This document shows positions 1 to 9,489 of a stretch of DNA of 50,477 bases, in pieces; the stretch's first letter is position 1; each line of letters starts with the position of its first letter. Position numbers and translations under genes: made by a program. The DNA is from a virus. Its lineage: Duplodnaviria > Caudoviricetes. Location: IMG/VR virus record IMGVR_UViG_3300003635_000004, positions 1-50,477 of that record; one strand, 5' to 3'. The notes under the pieces are model-generated. The model searched no databases, was not told the origin of the DNA, and was given only the letters and a program-made list of their open reading frames with translations.

Positions 1-210
1 GTTCGCTGGGAGTACACGAATGACGTGATCGCTGGCGGCTACCTGTTTTCGTACATCCTGCTCTCGGCACTCGACGGCTACTGGGTAATCGACCTCGCGG
101 CACTCCCGACCTACTGGCGGATGACACTCGTCGGGATTGCACTGATCGTCGCCGCGTGGACCTTCGGCGGTGGGGCTGTCCGGGCGGCCTCGAAGTTCCA
201 AGGCGGATGA
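1..210 (+). CDS. Small two-TM membrane protein, 5'-truncated; possible holin-like protein
   Basis: Frame open from base 1; two hydrophobic stretches then basic-polar tail (GAVRAASKFQGG); stop overlaps next ATG. Confidence 0.5.
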   Translation, partial: VRWEYTNDVIAGGYLFSYILLSALDGYWVIDLAALPTYWRMTLVGIALIVAAWTFGGGAVRAASKFQGG

Positions 211-404
211 CCGATATCGACCCCGAACCGCCCTATTCCGAGGCGGAGGTCGACGCAGCCCTTGACGAACTGAACGCGCGGATGGACGCGTTCGACACGC
301 CGACCGAGCGCGAGGCGTACTCGAAGAGCATCGTCGCCTATCACATGCTACTCACCCACGGTCAGCTCCCCGGCGGTCTACTCCCCGCCGATATCGATGA
401 CTGA
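207..404 (+). CDS. Hypothetical acidic protein (65 aa)
   Basis: ATGA overlap with upstream gene; acidic composition MTDIDPEPPYSEAEVDAALDEL. Confidence 0.65.
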   Translation: MTDIDPEPPYSEAEVDAALDELNARMDAFDTPTEREAYSKSIVAYHMLLTHGQLPGGLLPADIDD

Positions 405-537
405 CGACCGCCACCACTACCCTGCCGAACTCCCCAGCTGTGCGCCGTGTTACGACCCCCGCCGCACACCGTGTTTCCTGTGTAAACTCCGCCGGCTTGC
501 ATGGCTCGTTGATCCCCGACAGCGCCCCTTTCCATGA
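397..537 (+). CDS. Zinc-finger microprotein (46 aa)
   Basis: Hand translation MTDDRHHYPAELPSCAPCYDPRRTPCFLCKLRRLAWLVDPRQRPFP; two CxxC; fills the gap with overlaps at both ends. Confidence 0.55.
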   Translation: MTDDRHHYPAELPSCAPCYDPRRTPCFLCKLRRLAWLVDPRQRPFP

Positions 538-2003
538 CAGACACGACAGAGCCTGACCTCTCGGACGCACCGCGTCTGCAGGAGCTCCTCGAGCAGCTTC
601 CCGCGTCGACATCGGAGATCGCGACCGCGATGGACGTCGCGAACACGACCGTCGAGTCCTACCGGAACCGACTCGAGGAGGTCCACGGCATCGACCTCGA
701 GTACGACCGCGGAGCGAATGAGTGGTATCGTGCGGGCGTCGTCGACGAACTCACCGAGACGGGCGCCACTGACCTCCCCGACCTCTCCGACGTTGATCAG
801 GGCGAGGATCCCGACCCCAACGACCTCACGGGCCGAGAAGAGTTCGTCGTCCGCGAACTGCAGACCGGCGCGACAGTTGAGGACCTCGCCGAGTCACTCG
901 AAGAACGCCCCACCGTCATCACGCAGTACCTGCGGGACTTGAAGCGCGAGGGGTGGCAAGTCTACATCGACGAGACCGCGGGCAATGTCGCCATCGAGGG
1001 TGAATACACGCTGCGGTCGAGCGAACACAAGGGCACCCGGACGCGGAAAGCGAACCGCTGGTGGGAGGCCACTCACAACGCCATCGAGCGCGAGTGGAAC
1101 GGCATCGACTCGTACCGCGTTCCGCTCGTCTCCGAAGACGGGAACGAGGACTGGGTCACCCACATCACTGACACCCACGCCGGCGATATCGTCCGGGACT
1201 ACGCCGGCGACGTGGTTTACAAGACCGAGGACATCCCGGACATCTTTCAGTACATCACGAAGCAGTCCATCGCACTCGCGGAGAAACACAACGCCACCTA
1301 TGACACCGCCCACCTTCTCTACGGTGGCGATCTGGTCACCAACGAGGCCATCTACGAGGGGCAGTTCGAGGACCTCGATGCGTGGCTTGACGAGCAGGCT
1401 GACGTCGTCCAGGACGCACTCATCCAGCAGGTCTACGCCTTCAGCGAGCACTTCGACGCCGTCAACGTCGTCTGCCAGATCGGGAACCACGGCGTCAATC
1501 GAGCCAGCGGGACGTCGAAACACAACAACGCGGACCTGCTCGTCTACAAGGCGTTGCGGAACTACATCGGGAACGCGCAGTCGCATCACGACGCCCTCCA
1601 GAACGTCCGCATCAAGATCGGCGAAGCGCGGCCGTACACACCGGTCCGTCTCCGCGGCGGCGATATTCACGGCCAACTCCGTCACGGGCAGCATCGGAAG
1701 CCCCAGGCCGAGACGAGCGCCCGCCTGAAGGAGTGGCTCTCGACGCTACTTGATACCATCAACAGCTCGTGGGGCGCGTTCGATGTGGCGTGGATGGGTC
1801 ACCATCACGTCTCGGGGCGCATCCCGTGGAACGGGCCGCCGATCATCGTTTCCGGCTCGCCCAAACCCGGCGGCGACTACGTCGAGGAGCTCGGCGTGAA
1901 GGGGGCCAGCGTGCAACCCAAGGAGATCGCCCACTGCCACGGCGTCTCCGATGACGGGCTCACGAGCGTCTGGCCGATTGACACGCGGAACTACGACCGA
2001 TGA
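534..2003 (+). CDS. Tandem HTH domains fused to calcineurin-like metallophosphoesterase
   Basis: Two wHTH-like segments (STSEIATAMDVANTTVESYRNRL; TVEDLAESLEERPTVITQYLRDL) and motifs DTH, GGD, GNHG, RHG, GHHH. Confidence 0.8.
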   Translation: MTDTTEPDLSDAPRLQELLEQLPASTSEIATAMDVANTTVESYRNRLEEVHGIDLEYDRGANEWYRAGVVDELTETGATDLPDLSDVDQGEDPDPNDLTGREEFVVRELQTGATVEDLAESLEERPTVITQYLRDLKREGWQVYIDETAGNVAIEGEYTLRSSEHKGTRTRKANRWWEATHNAIEREWNGIDSYRVPLVSEDGNEDWVTHITDTHAGDIVRDYAGDVVYKTEDIPDIFQYITKQSIALAEKHNATYDTAHLLYGGDLVTNEAIYEGQFEDLDAWLDEQADVVQDALIQQVYAFSEHFDAVNVVCQIGNHGVNRASGTSKHNNADLLVYKALRNYIGNAQSHHDALQNVRIKIGEARPYTPVRLRGGDIHGQLRHGQHRKPQAETSARLKEWLSTLLDTINSSWGAFDVAWMGHHHVSGRIPWNGPPIIVSGSPKPGGDYVEELGVKGASVQPKEIAHCHGVSDDGLTSVWPIDTRNYDR

Positions 2004-2027
2004 TCCCGCCTCGCCTTCTCTTCACCC

Positions 2028-2126
2028 ATGCACTCCCGACCGTACGCCCGTCGCGCGCCCTACCGCTGCGACGCTTGCGAGCGGCTGGTCGCACCGCCAC
2101 ACGACTGTTCCGGAGACGGCACCTGA
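2028..2126 (+). CDS. Zinc-finger microprotein (32 aa)
   Basis: MHSRPYARRAPYRCDACERLVAPPHDCSGDGT; CxxC..HxC; TGATG overlap with next gene. Confidence 0.45.
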   Translation: MHSRPYARRAPYRCDACERLVAPPHDCSGDGT

Positions 2127-2299
2127 TGCACCAACCTGTGAACAGCTGGCCACACAACTCGGTCCCGGATACGGACGAGCACGACTGCCTCTGCTGGCTG
2201 CCGGATGGCGACACCCTCCTGCTGTATGATCCCGTGAGTGAGACTTCGGAGGCGTGGCTCTGCTGTGACGAGCCGGTCGACCTCCGGGACTACGCCTGA
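2126..2299 (+). CDS. Small hypothetical protein (57 aa)
   Basis: Acidic C-terminal part of the 2000..2299 ORF; ATG coupled to upstream stop. Confidence 0.55.
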   Translation: MHQPVNSWPHNSVPDTDEHDCLCWLPDGDTLLLYDPVSETSEAWLCCDEPVDLRDYA

Positions 2300-2305
2300 C
2301 ACACC

Positions 2306-2650
2306 ATGATTTCCGAAGCTACGTTCGCCGACCGGGTCGTCACCCCACGCCTTGAGACGCTGTTCGGCTCCGACGCTGTCGAACACGAGCGGTATCTCGA
2401 TGGCACTGGTGGCTACGCGGACTACTGGGTTGATCTGGGTGTCGTCACTCTTGCCATCGAAGTCGAGAACGACGCCGACTCGGTTCGAAGTGGCGTCGCG
2501 CAGGCGCTAGAGTACGCCCAGAACGACGACCGGGCACTCCCCGCGGTGATCACGCCCGAGGGCTGCGTCGACGAGGCACAGGCCGACCAGTTGCGCGACA
2601 TCTGCCCGATCGTCGAACTGCCGATCCCCGAAGACATCGACGATGAGTGA
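2306..2650 (+). CDS. Small PD-(D/E)XK-superfamily nuclease-like protein
   Basis: ADYWVD...IEVEN...GVAQALEYA pattern (D..ExE with QxxxY helix). Confidence 0.6.
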   Translation: MISEATFADRVVTPRLETLFGSDAVEHERYLDGTGGYADYWVDLGVVTLAIEVENDADSVRSGVAQALEYAQNDDRALPAVITPEGCVDEAQADQLRDICPIVELPIPEDIDDE

Positions 2651-2879
2651 CCGTAAGCAGATCTCGATTTCGCCGGAGGTCTTCGAGGAGGCCAAGGCAA
2701 ACAAGGGCGACCGGACGTGGGACGAACTCGTCCTCGACGGCGCCCACGCTGACGAAACCGAGGGACGTAACGATGAGGGGCAAAATGAGGGGCATCCGAC
2801 GCCGCTCACCGCTGAGGACATCCCGATGCTCCGTCGCGAAATCGGCGAAGAAGTCGAGAATCGCATGACGCGACGATGA
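2643..2879 (+). CDS. Small DNA-binding/antitoxin-like protein (ribbon-helix-helix type N-terminus)
   Basis: RKQISISPEVFEEAKANKGDRTWDELV resembles haloarchaeal RHH/VapB-like starts. Confidence 0.5.
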   Translation: MSDRKQISISPEVFEEAKANKGDRTWDELVLDGAHADETEGRNDEGQNEGHPTPLTAEDIPMLRREIGEEVENRMTRR

Positions 2880-2897
2880 GGGGCAGGTGATTGGCAC

Positions 2898-3014
2898 ATG
2901 GGCTACAAGACTGAGTGCGACGACTGCGGGGACGTCGTCGACGAGGAAGCGCTCTCCCCGCCCGTTCCGACCTACACCTCGCCGCCCCAACCGGGCGATC
3001 TCTCCCCGCCGTGA
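2898..3014 (+). CDS. Possible microprotein with CxxC (38 aa)
   Basis: GGTGA SD upstream; MGYKTECDDCGDVVDEEALSPP... Confidence 0.35.
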   Translation: MGYKTECDDCGDVVDEEALSPPVPTYTSPPQPGDLSPP

Positions 3015-3063
3015 ACGCCCCATGCCATTGCGTCGTTGACGAACACCCCATGCCATTCCCCTC

Positions 3064-3501
3064 ATGACATCTTCCGAACCCCTCTCTGATCGCTGCGGTG
3101 CGAAGTGCAAGAGTGGGGGCTACTGCACACAGTATCCAGTTAATGGATCCGAGCGGTGCCGGATGCATAGTGGGACCGCGGACAACACGGGTGAGAACAA
3201 CGGGAACTACAAACACGGCGCGTTCTCGAAGCACCTCCAGTCGGATCTGTCCGAGCGCGAGACAGAGGCCTTCGAGGACCTCGCTGGCGCCCTCGACGAT
3301 CAAGAGGCCGCCCAAGACGTCGTCCGAGAACTCGCGGCCGAGGCCCTGCTGAAGTACAAGCGGTCGAACGATGCTCGCTTCCTGCGGGAGGCCCGACAGT
3401 TGCTTTCCGAGTTCAACATCGCTGACGCAACCGACCACGTCGACGTCGACGGCGTCGAGGGACTGCTGATGAAAGATCTTCGCGAGGCCCACGATGAGTA
3501 G
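3064..3501 (+). CDS. terS: Terminase small subunit (HGGxSTG-like Cys/His domain)
   Basis: CGAKCKSGGYC...RCRMHSG...GNYKHGAFSK; directly upstream of large terminase. Confidence 0.75.
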   Translation: MTSSEPLSDRCGAKCKSGGYCTQYPVNGSERCRMHSGTADNTGENNGNYKHGAFSKHLQSDLSERETEAFEDLAGALDDQEAAQDVVRELAAEALLKYKRSNDARFLREARQLLSEFNIADATDHVDVDGVEGLLMKDLREAHDE

Positions 3502-5071
3502 TACGACCGCCGATTCTGCGTCAGCATCGCGCCCTCGCCGACCGAGACACTACGCCGAGCGCGCGAAGGCGGGCGACGAGACGTGGATCGAAGACGCCAT
3601 CGAGGACGTCCTCGGGCTGACAGTCACCGAAGCCCAGCGGACGATCTGTCGGTCGGTCGCCGCGAACCAGAAGACGCTCGTCGTCACCGCGAACGGGCTG
3701 GGGAAGTCCTACATCCTAGCGGCGATCGTCAACGTCTGGCTGTACGCGCTGTATCCCGCGACCGTCCTCACGACCTCGGGGACGGAGAAGAAGATGAAGC
3801 GGACGTTCTGCAAGCCGGTCGACAACCTCCACTCGAGTGCGCGGATCACGCTCCCTGGCACGTACAAACACCGCCCGGAGCGCATCGAGTTCGACGAGGA
3901 CCCCGAACACTGGTTCGAGGCGACCAGCCCACAGGACGCCGGCGAACTCGAGGGCGTCCACTCGCGCTACCACCTGAGCATCATCGAGGAGGCTGACAAG
4001 AAGGACGTCGACGCCGACACGCTGGACGCGATGGATTCGCTGGTGACCGACCAGCGCGACCGGATGATCGCCATCGCGAACCCGCCGGAGGATGACGCCA
4101 ACCTTGTCGCGGACCTGATGGACAAGCGGACGTGGGAGACCGTTCGCTTCTCCAGTTTCGATAGCCACAACGTCCAGGTCGAACTCGACAACGTCGGCGG
4201 CGAGATGATCGACGGCCTCGCCACACTCTGGAAGATCAAGGAGGACTGGCGCGAGTTCAACGACGAGCCGTGGCCCGGCGTCAAGCAGGCCCAGCGGTGG
4301 TCCGATCCGGATAGTGACGAGTTCCGCGAGGAGTTGGACAAGCGCTGGTTCCGGCGTCGTGCCGGGCGCATCCCGCCGGCAGGCGCGAGTGCCAATCGCC
4401 CCTTCACCGTCTCCGACGTCAAGGCCGCGTGGGATCGCGAGCCGTCGTCGACGCGCGTCAACCCCTACGGGACTGGGATCGACGTGGCGCGCTCCGGTGA
4501 TCAGACTGTCCTGGCGAGCATCCACGCCGACCGCTGTGTGATCCACTACGCCGAGACGGGGACGAACCATCCCCAGCAGGAGTCACGGATCCGCAACGGT
4601 CACGGCCAGTTCGACGGTCTCAACGCGTTCCATGACCATCCCGGCGCTGTCGACGCTGTCGGCGAGGGGAGTGGGATGGCCGACCGACTCTGCCAGGCTT
4701 ATCCCGAATTCCACCGCTTCAAGTCGGGGCAGGTGGCCGACAACGAGACCGAGTATAAGGACTGCTGGGCTGAGGCACTCGCAGTGTTCGGCCAATGGCT
4801 CAAGGAGGGCGGTTGCATCGAGGATCGAGAGCTCTACGAGCAGGCGCTGATCGCCGCCCGCGTCATCGAGTACGAGGAGAAGTTCTACGCCTCACACGGG
4901 CCGGATGGCGCCGAGGTTCTGGTCGCGACGCCGAAGAGCGAGATCAAGGAGCAACTGGACGGCAACCGCTCCCCCGACCACCTCGATGCGGCGATCATGG
5001 CGGCGTTCGCGGCCGAGGGGAAGCACTGCGGGACCGGATCGTCCGGCACGGGCGTCTGGGGGTCTAACTGA
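3494..5071 (+). CDS. terL: Terminase large subunit
   Basis: Walker A ANGLGKS, Walker B IIEEAD, IAIANP coupling motif, nuclease motifs GIDVARSGD and SPDHLDA. Confidence 0.92.
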   Translation: MSSTTADSASASRPRRPRHYAERAKAGDETWIEDAIEDVLGLTVTEAQRTICRSVAANQKTLVVTANGLGKSYILAAIVNVWLYALYPATVLTTSGTEKKMKRTFCKPVDNLHSSARITLPGTYKHRPERIEFDEDPEHWFEATSPQDAGELEGVHSRYHLSIIEEADKKDVDADTLDAMDSLVTDQRDRMIAIANPPEDDANLVADLMDKRTWETVRFSSFDSHNVQVELDNVGGEMIDGLATLWKIKEDWREFNDEPWPGVKQAQRWSDPDSDEFREELDKRWFRRRAGRIPPAGASANRPFTVSDVKAAWDREPSSTRVNPYGTGIDVARSGDQTVLASIHADRCVIHYAETGTNHPQQESRIRNGHGQFDGLNAFHDHPGAVDAVGEGSGMADRLCQAYPEFHRFKSGQVADNETEYKDCWAEALAVFGQWLKEGGCIEDRELYEQALIAARVIEYEEKFYASHGPDGAEVLVATPKSEIKEQLDGNRSPDHLDAAIMAAFAAEGKHCGTGSSGTGVWGSN

Positions 5072-5073
5072 TC

Positions 5074-6510
5074 ATGGACGAACTATCTGACCACATCGAT
5101 GCCGACGCCGACGGGACGTACGAACTCACCGCGAACGAGTTGGCGGGCATCCAGATGCGGACGATGCTCGCGGCCAATCTCGGGAAGCAGTACGACGGTG
5201 ACCGCGATCTCTACGATGCGTTCGGCTGGGAGAAACAGCCCGATGTCGAGGACTTCTACGCGATGTACCTCCGGCATCCCTACGCACGGGCTGTCGTCGA
5301 CATGCCCGCGGTCACGACGTGGCGCGACAGCCCCAACATCGTCGACGAGAAGGACACGGAGGCTGACGAGAACACCGACTTCGAGGATGATGTCACCACG
5401 CTCGAGGACGACGAACGGCTCTGGCACTACTGCAAGCGGGCGGACAAGCTCGCCGGCATCGGGGAGTACGGGCTTCTAGTACTCGGCTTCGCCGATGATC
5501 AGGACCTCGTCCAGCCGGTCGACGACTCGAAGATCGAGGGGCCGGACGACGTCCAGTGGTTGCGCCCGTTCTCGCAGCGCTCCATCGAGGACCTCCGCCT
5601 CGACGAGGATCCCCAGAGCGACCGGTGGGGCTACCCACTGTACTACAAGCTCGATCTCGGTGACGAGGACGACGCGACCCCGTCGACGTCGACGACGGCG
5701 TGGGTGCACCACAGTCGCGTCATCCACATCGCGGAGAACCTGCTAGACGACGAGGTCCGGGGGACGCCGCGGATGGAGCCGGTCTACAACGCGCTGTTCG
5801 ACATCGAGAAGACGCTCGGCGCCGCTGCGGAGATGGCCTACCGCGGCGCCGACTATGGCCTCGCGGTCAACGTCGACAGCGGCTACCAGCTTGAGGATGG
5901 CGGGGAGCGGATGGAGAAAGAGGTTCAGGAGTTCATCCACGGCTTCTCGAAGACGATGCAGTTGGAGGGCGCCGAGGTCGAGCAGATCGGCGGCAACGAT
6001 ATCGACCCGACGCCCATCATCGACCCCGAGATCGAGGCCGTCTCGGCGTACACCGGCATCCCGCAGTCCATCCTGAAAGGCAACGAGACGGGCGAGCGGG
6101 CAACCACCGAGGACCGCAAGGAGTGGTACGGCAAAGGCGCCGAGCGTCGCGAGCAGATCGCGACGCCGGTGATCGTCCGCGACCTCATCGACCGCTTCCG
6201 AAAGTTCGGCGCCGTCAGTGATCCCGCCGGCGATGGCTACGATGTCGACTGGCCGCCGCTAGCGGAGCAGTCCGAGATGGACGAGTCCGAGGTCCAGGTC
6301 AACCGCGCGAACGTGCTCAAGCAGGTGCAGGCGTTGCTGGCGGGCATGGACACCGCCGACGTCGTCGAGTTCATCGAGACTGGCGAGTTCCCCGACTTCG
6401 GCGCCGAGTCGACGGCTGATGTGCCGCCACTCGACGAAGAGAACGAACAGGTCCAAGAGTACTACAACAGTGCCTTCCCGGATCAGGCAGGGGCGGAGGC
6501 CGATGACTGA
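5074..6510 (+). CDS. Portal protein (DUF1073-like)
   Basis: Position after terL, 478 aa, YLRHPYARAVVDMP, VHHSRVIH, TGIPQSILKG motifs. Confidence 0.85.
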   Translation: MDELSDHIDADADGTYELTANELAGIQMRTMLAANLGKQYDGDRDLYDAFGWEKQPDVEDFYAMYLRHPYARAVVDMPAVTTWRDSPNIVDEKDTEADENTDFEDDVTTLEDDERLWHYCKRADKLAGIGEYGLLVLGFADDQDLVQPVDDSKIEGPDDVQWLRPFSQRSIEDLRLDEDPQSDRWGYPLYYKLDLGDEDDATPSTSTTAWVHHSRVIHIAENLLDDEVRGTPRMEPVYNALFDIEKTLGAAAEMAYRGADYGLAVNVDSGYQLEDGGERMEKEVQEFIHGFSKTMQLEGAEVEQIGGNDIDPTPIIDPEIEAVSAYTGIPQSILKGNETGERATTEDRKEWYGKGAERREQIATPVIVRDLIDRFRKFGAVSDPAGDGYDVDWPPLAEQSEMDESEVQVNRANVLKQVQALLAGMDTADVVEFIETGEFPDFGAESTADVPPLDEENEQVQEYYNSAFPDQAGAEADD

Positions 6511-7355
6511 TGGCAACCTGCGACCACGATCACCACCGCGAGTTGGTCGCGAACGAGCAGCAGGACCTGACGAACACGACCACACTCCACCGCCGGGAGT
6601 TCGCCCCGGCGCTTACCAAGCGCTTTCGCCGCCTCAAGGGGCTGATCCGCACCACGGTCAGCTACGAGAACGACGCCCTCGAGTTGTCCGCGGCCGAGCC
6701 GCGTGAGCAGTTTCAGTTCGAGGAAGACGAGGGGGCGATAGAGAAGTTCGAACTCTGGCTGCAGGCCGCCATCGCCCAAGAAGTCCTCGAACGCGTCCCG
6801 CTTCGGCGCATCGAGCGGGGGCAACACTACACCGCGTCGTTCGTGCGGTCGGCGTATCTCCGTGGCCTGCGCGGCGCCGAGCGTCGGCTGGACGACGTCG
6901 GCGTCGAGATCGGCGACTCGAACATCGGCGCGATGTTCAACATGCCGATCCACCAGCGGACGGTCCAGACGATCTACACGCGGACCTACGAGAACCTCGA
7001 AGGGATCACGGAGGACATGCAGACCGCCGTCCGCGACGAGCTGTCGACGGCGCTGTCGCAAGGCTGGAACCCAAAGAAGGCCGCCACGCAGCTGAACCGC
7101 GAGGTCGACGATATCGGCATCACACGAGCGCGGACGCTGTCTCGAACGGAGATCTCGAACGCGTACAACACCGCCTCGGCGCGGCGCTACGAGCAGTCGG
7201 GAAACGTCTCCGAGGTGCGGATCCTGACCTCGGACCCCTGCCCGATCTGCAAGACGCTCGCTGCGAACGGCCCGTATCCGGTGTCGGAGGCGGCGACGCT
7301 GATCCCTGGCCGCACACATCCCCGTTGCGTGTGCGCTATCGCCCCTGTAGTGTAG
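6510..7355 (+). CDS. Head morphogenesis protein (Mu gpF/SPP1 gp7-like)
   Basis: RARTLSRTE, DPCPIC and HPRCVC motifs; follows portal. Confidence 0.88.
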   Translation: MATCDHDHHRELVANEQQDLTNTTTLHRREFAPALTKRFRRLKGLIRTTVSYENDALELSAAEPREQFQFEEDEGAIEKFELWLQAAIAQEVLERVPLRRIERGQHYTASFVRSAYLRGLRGAERRLDDVGVEIGDSNIGAMFNMPIHQRTVQTIYTRTYENLEGITEDMQTAVRDELSTALSQGWNPKKAATQLNREVDDIGITRARTLSRTEISNAYNTASARRYEQSGNVSEVRILTSDPCPICKTLAANGPYPVSEAATLIPGRTHPRCVCAIAPVV

Positions 7356-7380
7356 GTAGAATACCCAAACTGCACTTGCA

Positions 7381-7388
7381 TTTATGAT
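7381..7388 (+). promoter_or_regulatory. TATA-like box for leaderless HNH transcript
   Basis: TTTATGAT 29 nt upstream of ATG 7410. Confidence 0.55.
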
Positions 7389-7409
7389 ACTGTAGCGCGT
7401 GATGGGTGT

Positions 7410-8102
7410 ATGGGCGGCAAGCGTTATCGAGAGGCATCGTGGCTCAGAGAGAAGTACCACGAGGAGGAACTCACAACAGTCGAGATCGCCGATATTTGTG
7501 ATGTAGATGACTCAACGATCTACAGGTGGATTGAACGCCACGAAATCGAGAAACGGGACTTCAACCCTAAAGAACGGACCAAAGCAGCCAGAGAAGCCGC
7601 CACCGAGAAGTACGGTGAAGGTGGTCCCATCGGAGCGATGTGGAAGGAGAGGACCGACGAGATGATACAGCACGCCAGAACCGCCGCCCCCCTTGGCACG
7701 CCTGCTCGTGAAGAGAACGGTATGGCTGGTGTCACTGGCGAGGACGCCCCTCTCGGGGGCGTTACGGGCGAAGACCATCCTGCTCACGGGCACACGCCAT
7801 GGTCGCAAGGAGTCACCGGGCAGGACCACCCATCTTGGCGTGGTGGGAAAGACATCTACGACGCGGTCAAGAAGCAACTCCCCGGCCCGTCGTGGCGAAC
7901 GATCCGAAAGCGCCACCGTGCCAGTAAATGTGAGCAGTGTGGGGCGACGGACCAAGAACTCCACCTCCACCACATCGTCCCCCTCCTCGCCGGCGGGACT
8001 AACGAGCCTTGGAACCTGATGACGCTGTGCGAGGGCTGCCACACCACAGCCGAGTGGGTAACGCGGCAGTACGACGAGTTCGCCCCCGTTCTCACCGACT
8101 GA
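7410..8102 (+). CDS. HNH endonuclease with N-terminal HTH and three GVTG(E/Q)D NUMOD3-like repeats
   Basis: WLREKYHEEELTTVEIADICDV HTH; CEQCG..LHLHHIVP..GGTN..NLMTLCEGCH HNH motif. Confidence 0.9.
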   Translation: MGGKRYREASWLREKYHEEELTTVEIADICDVDDSTIYRWIERHEIEKRDFNPKERTKAAREAATEKYGEGGPIGAMWKERTDEMIQHARTAAPLGTPAREENGMAGVTGEDAPLGGVTGEDHPAHGHTPWSQGVTGQDHPSWRGGKDIYDAVKKQLPGPSWRTIRKRHRASKCEQCGATDQELHLHHIVPLLAGGTNEPWNLMTLCEGCHTTAEWVTRQYDEFAPVLTD

Positions 8103-8212
8103 CTGCTCCAACTGCGTGTGTGCGCTGGCGCCGGTTGTATAGGCCGCCCACTACCCGATGACGGCGTCGACGGCACAGGCCTGAGCCAGAGGTTCTGGAC
8201 TCCTTTCAAGCA

Positions 8213-9487
8213 ATGACAAGTACACTACGCGTCCCTGTCCGGTATCTGCAGGCAGCGGACGATGACGACTTCGACGAGGACGATCCGCCGTGGCGCTTCT
8301 CCGGCATCGCCGTCGGCCCTGGCGACGTACTGCACATGGAGGACGGCACGCCCGTCCTGTTCAAGGCAGACGAGCTCCAGGACGCCGCCGACTCACAATC
8401 CGGTGAGCCCCTGACTGCGGACCACCCACAAGACGAGTTCGGCCGCCCCGAGTACCCGCCGAGTACGGACGACACCTACGGCAAGGTCGAGAAGTCCGGC
8501 TACATCGACGGCAAAGGCGTCGGCTACGAGGCGATCACGCACGACCCCGAGCTGGCGCGCGGCATCTACGCCGGGACGTACGAGGTCTCGATCCATCCGC
8601 GGTTCAAAGCCGACCAGACCGACGACGAGACTGGTCTGCTGATGGCCGAGGACGTCGAGTTCCTCGACCTCTCGGTCGTCTCGAAGGGCGATTCGCCCTC
8701 GAACACGGCCAACTGGGGGCCGTCCCAGGAGCTGGCGGCGTGGGTCCACGCGGCCCTCAACGATGCCGACCCAAACGGCGCCGAAGCGAGCGCGTCCGCT
8801 GGTGAGGGTGACGAGGAGTCCGCACCTGAAAAGCGCGGATTCCTGCAGACGATGGCGGACGTCCTCGGCGTCGATGCCGATCTCACTGCCGATGATACCG
8901 AGACAGCACCGGCTGGCGAACAGGGCGACGACGAACCGGCGGAATCCGGCGCGACACCTTCTGACACGATGGACAACAACGACAAGATCCAGACGCTCGT
9001 GAGCGAACACGACTTCAACGAAGAGTCGCTCGAGGCCATGTCCGAGGAGGACCTCGACCGACTCTACGAGTCCGTCGCCGAGGCCGATCCCGATGGCGGG
9101 GGCGGTGGCGGCGACGGCTCCCAGGACAGCAACACGACTACCGTGGAAGCGGACATCGGCGACCACGACTCCTTCGAGGACTATCTCGACGAACTCGTCG
9201 CCGAGCGCGTCGACGAGGCGGAGGCCAACCGCGAACAGGCCGACCTCGTCGACGAGATCATCGCCCACTCCGACAGCTTCGACGAAGACGACCGCGAGGA
9301 ACTGATGTCCTCGGCGCGCCCCGTCGTGGAGAAGCTCCACGAGGACGCGACCGCGTCGACTGCCTCGCGCCTGCCGGGCGCAACGGGTCGGGGGCAGCAG
9401 GTCACCGCCAGTGCTGGCGGTGGCGACTCGGAGAAGTTCGAGGAGATCGTCGGCCAGCTGAATGGCGACGGTACAGGAGGTGACTGA
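8213..9487 (+). CDS. Prohead protease/scaffold protein
   Basis: PLTADHP and EVSIH protease-like N-terminus, very acidic C-terminal scaffold region, position before capsid genes. Confidence 0.7.
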   Translation: MTSTLRVPVRYLQAADDDDFDEDDPPWRFSGIAVGPGDVLHMEDGTPVLFKADELQDAADSQSGEPLTADHPQDEFGRPEYPPSTDDTYGKVEKSGYIDGKGVGYEAITHDPELARGIYAGTYEVSIHPRFKADQTDDETGLLMAEDVEFLDLSVVSKGDSPSNTANWGPSQELAAWVHAALNDADPNGAEASASAGEGDEESAPEKRGFLQTMADVLGVDADLTADDTETAPAGEQGDDEPAESGATPSDTMDNNDKIQTLVSEHDFNEESLEAMSEEDLDRLYESVAEADPDGGGGGGDGSQDSNTTTVEADIGDHDSFEDYLDELVAERVDEAEANREQADLVDEIIAHSDSFDEDDREELMSSARPVVEKLHEDATASTASRLPGATGRGQQVTASAGGGDSEKFEEIVGQLNGDGTGGD

Positions 9488-9489
9488 GC

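Larger units (their letters stand above)
7323..8142 (+). mobile_element. Free-standing homing-endonuclease cassette bracketed by two versions of the last 10 codons of the MuF gene
   Basis: 7323-7355 encodes RCVCAIAPVV*, 8110-8142 encodes NCVCALAPVV*; HNH gene with own TATA between them. Confidence 0.7.

Noticed and set aside
5074-6510. Anti-CBASS function sometimes attached to DUF1073-labelled proteins
   Set aside because: Size and position fit a plain portal; no extra phosphoesterase domain is visible
7323-8142. Intein in the MuF gene (S-N|C just before the stranded tail)
   Set aside because: MuF has its own stop, the HNH has its own promoter, start and stop, the tail is out of frame with it, and no intein N-terminal blocks are visible
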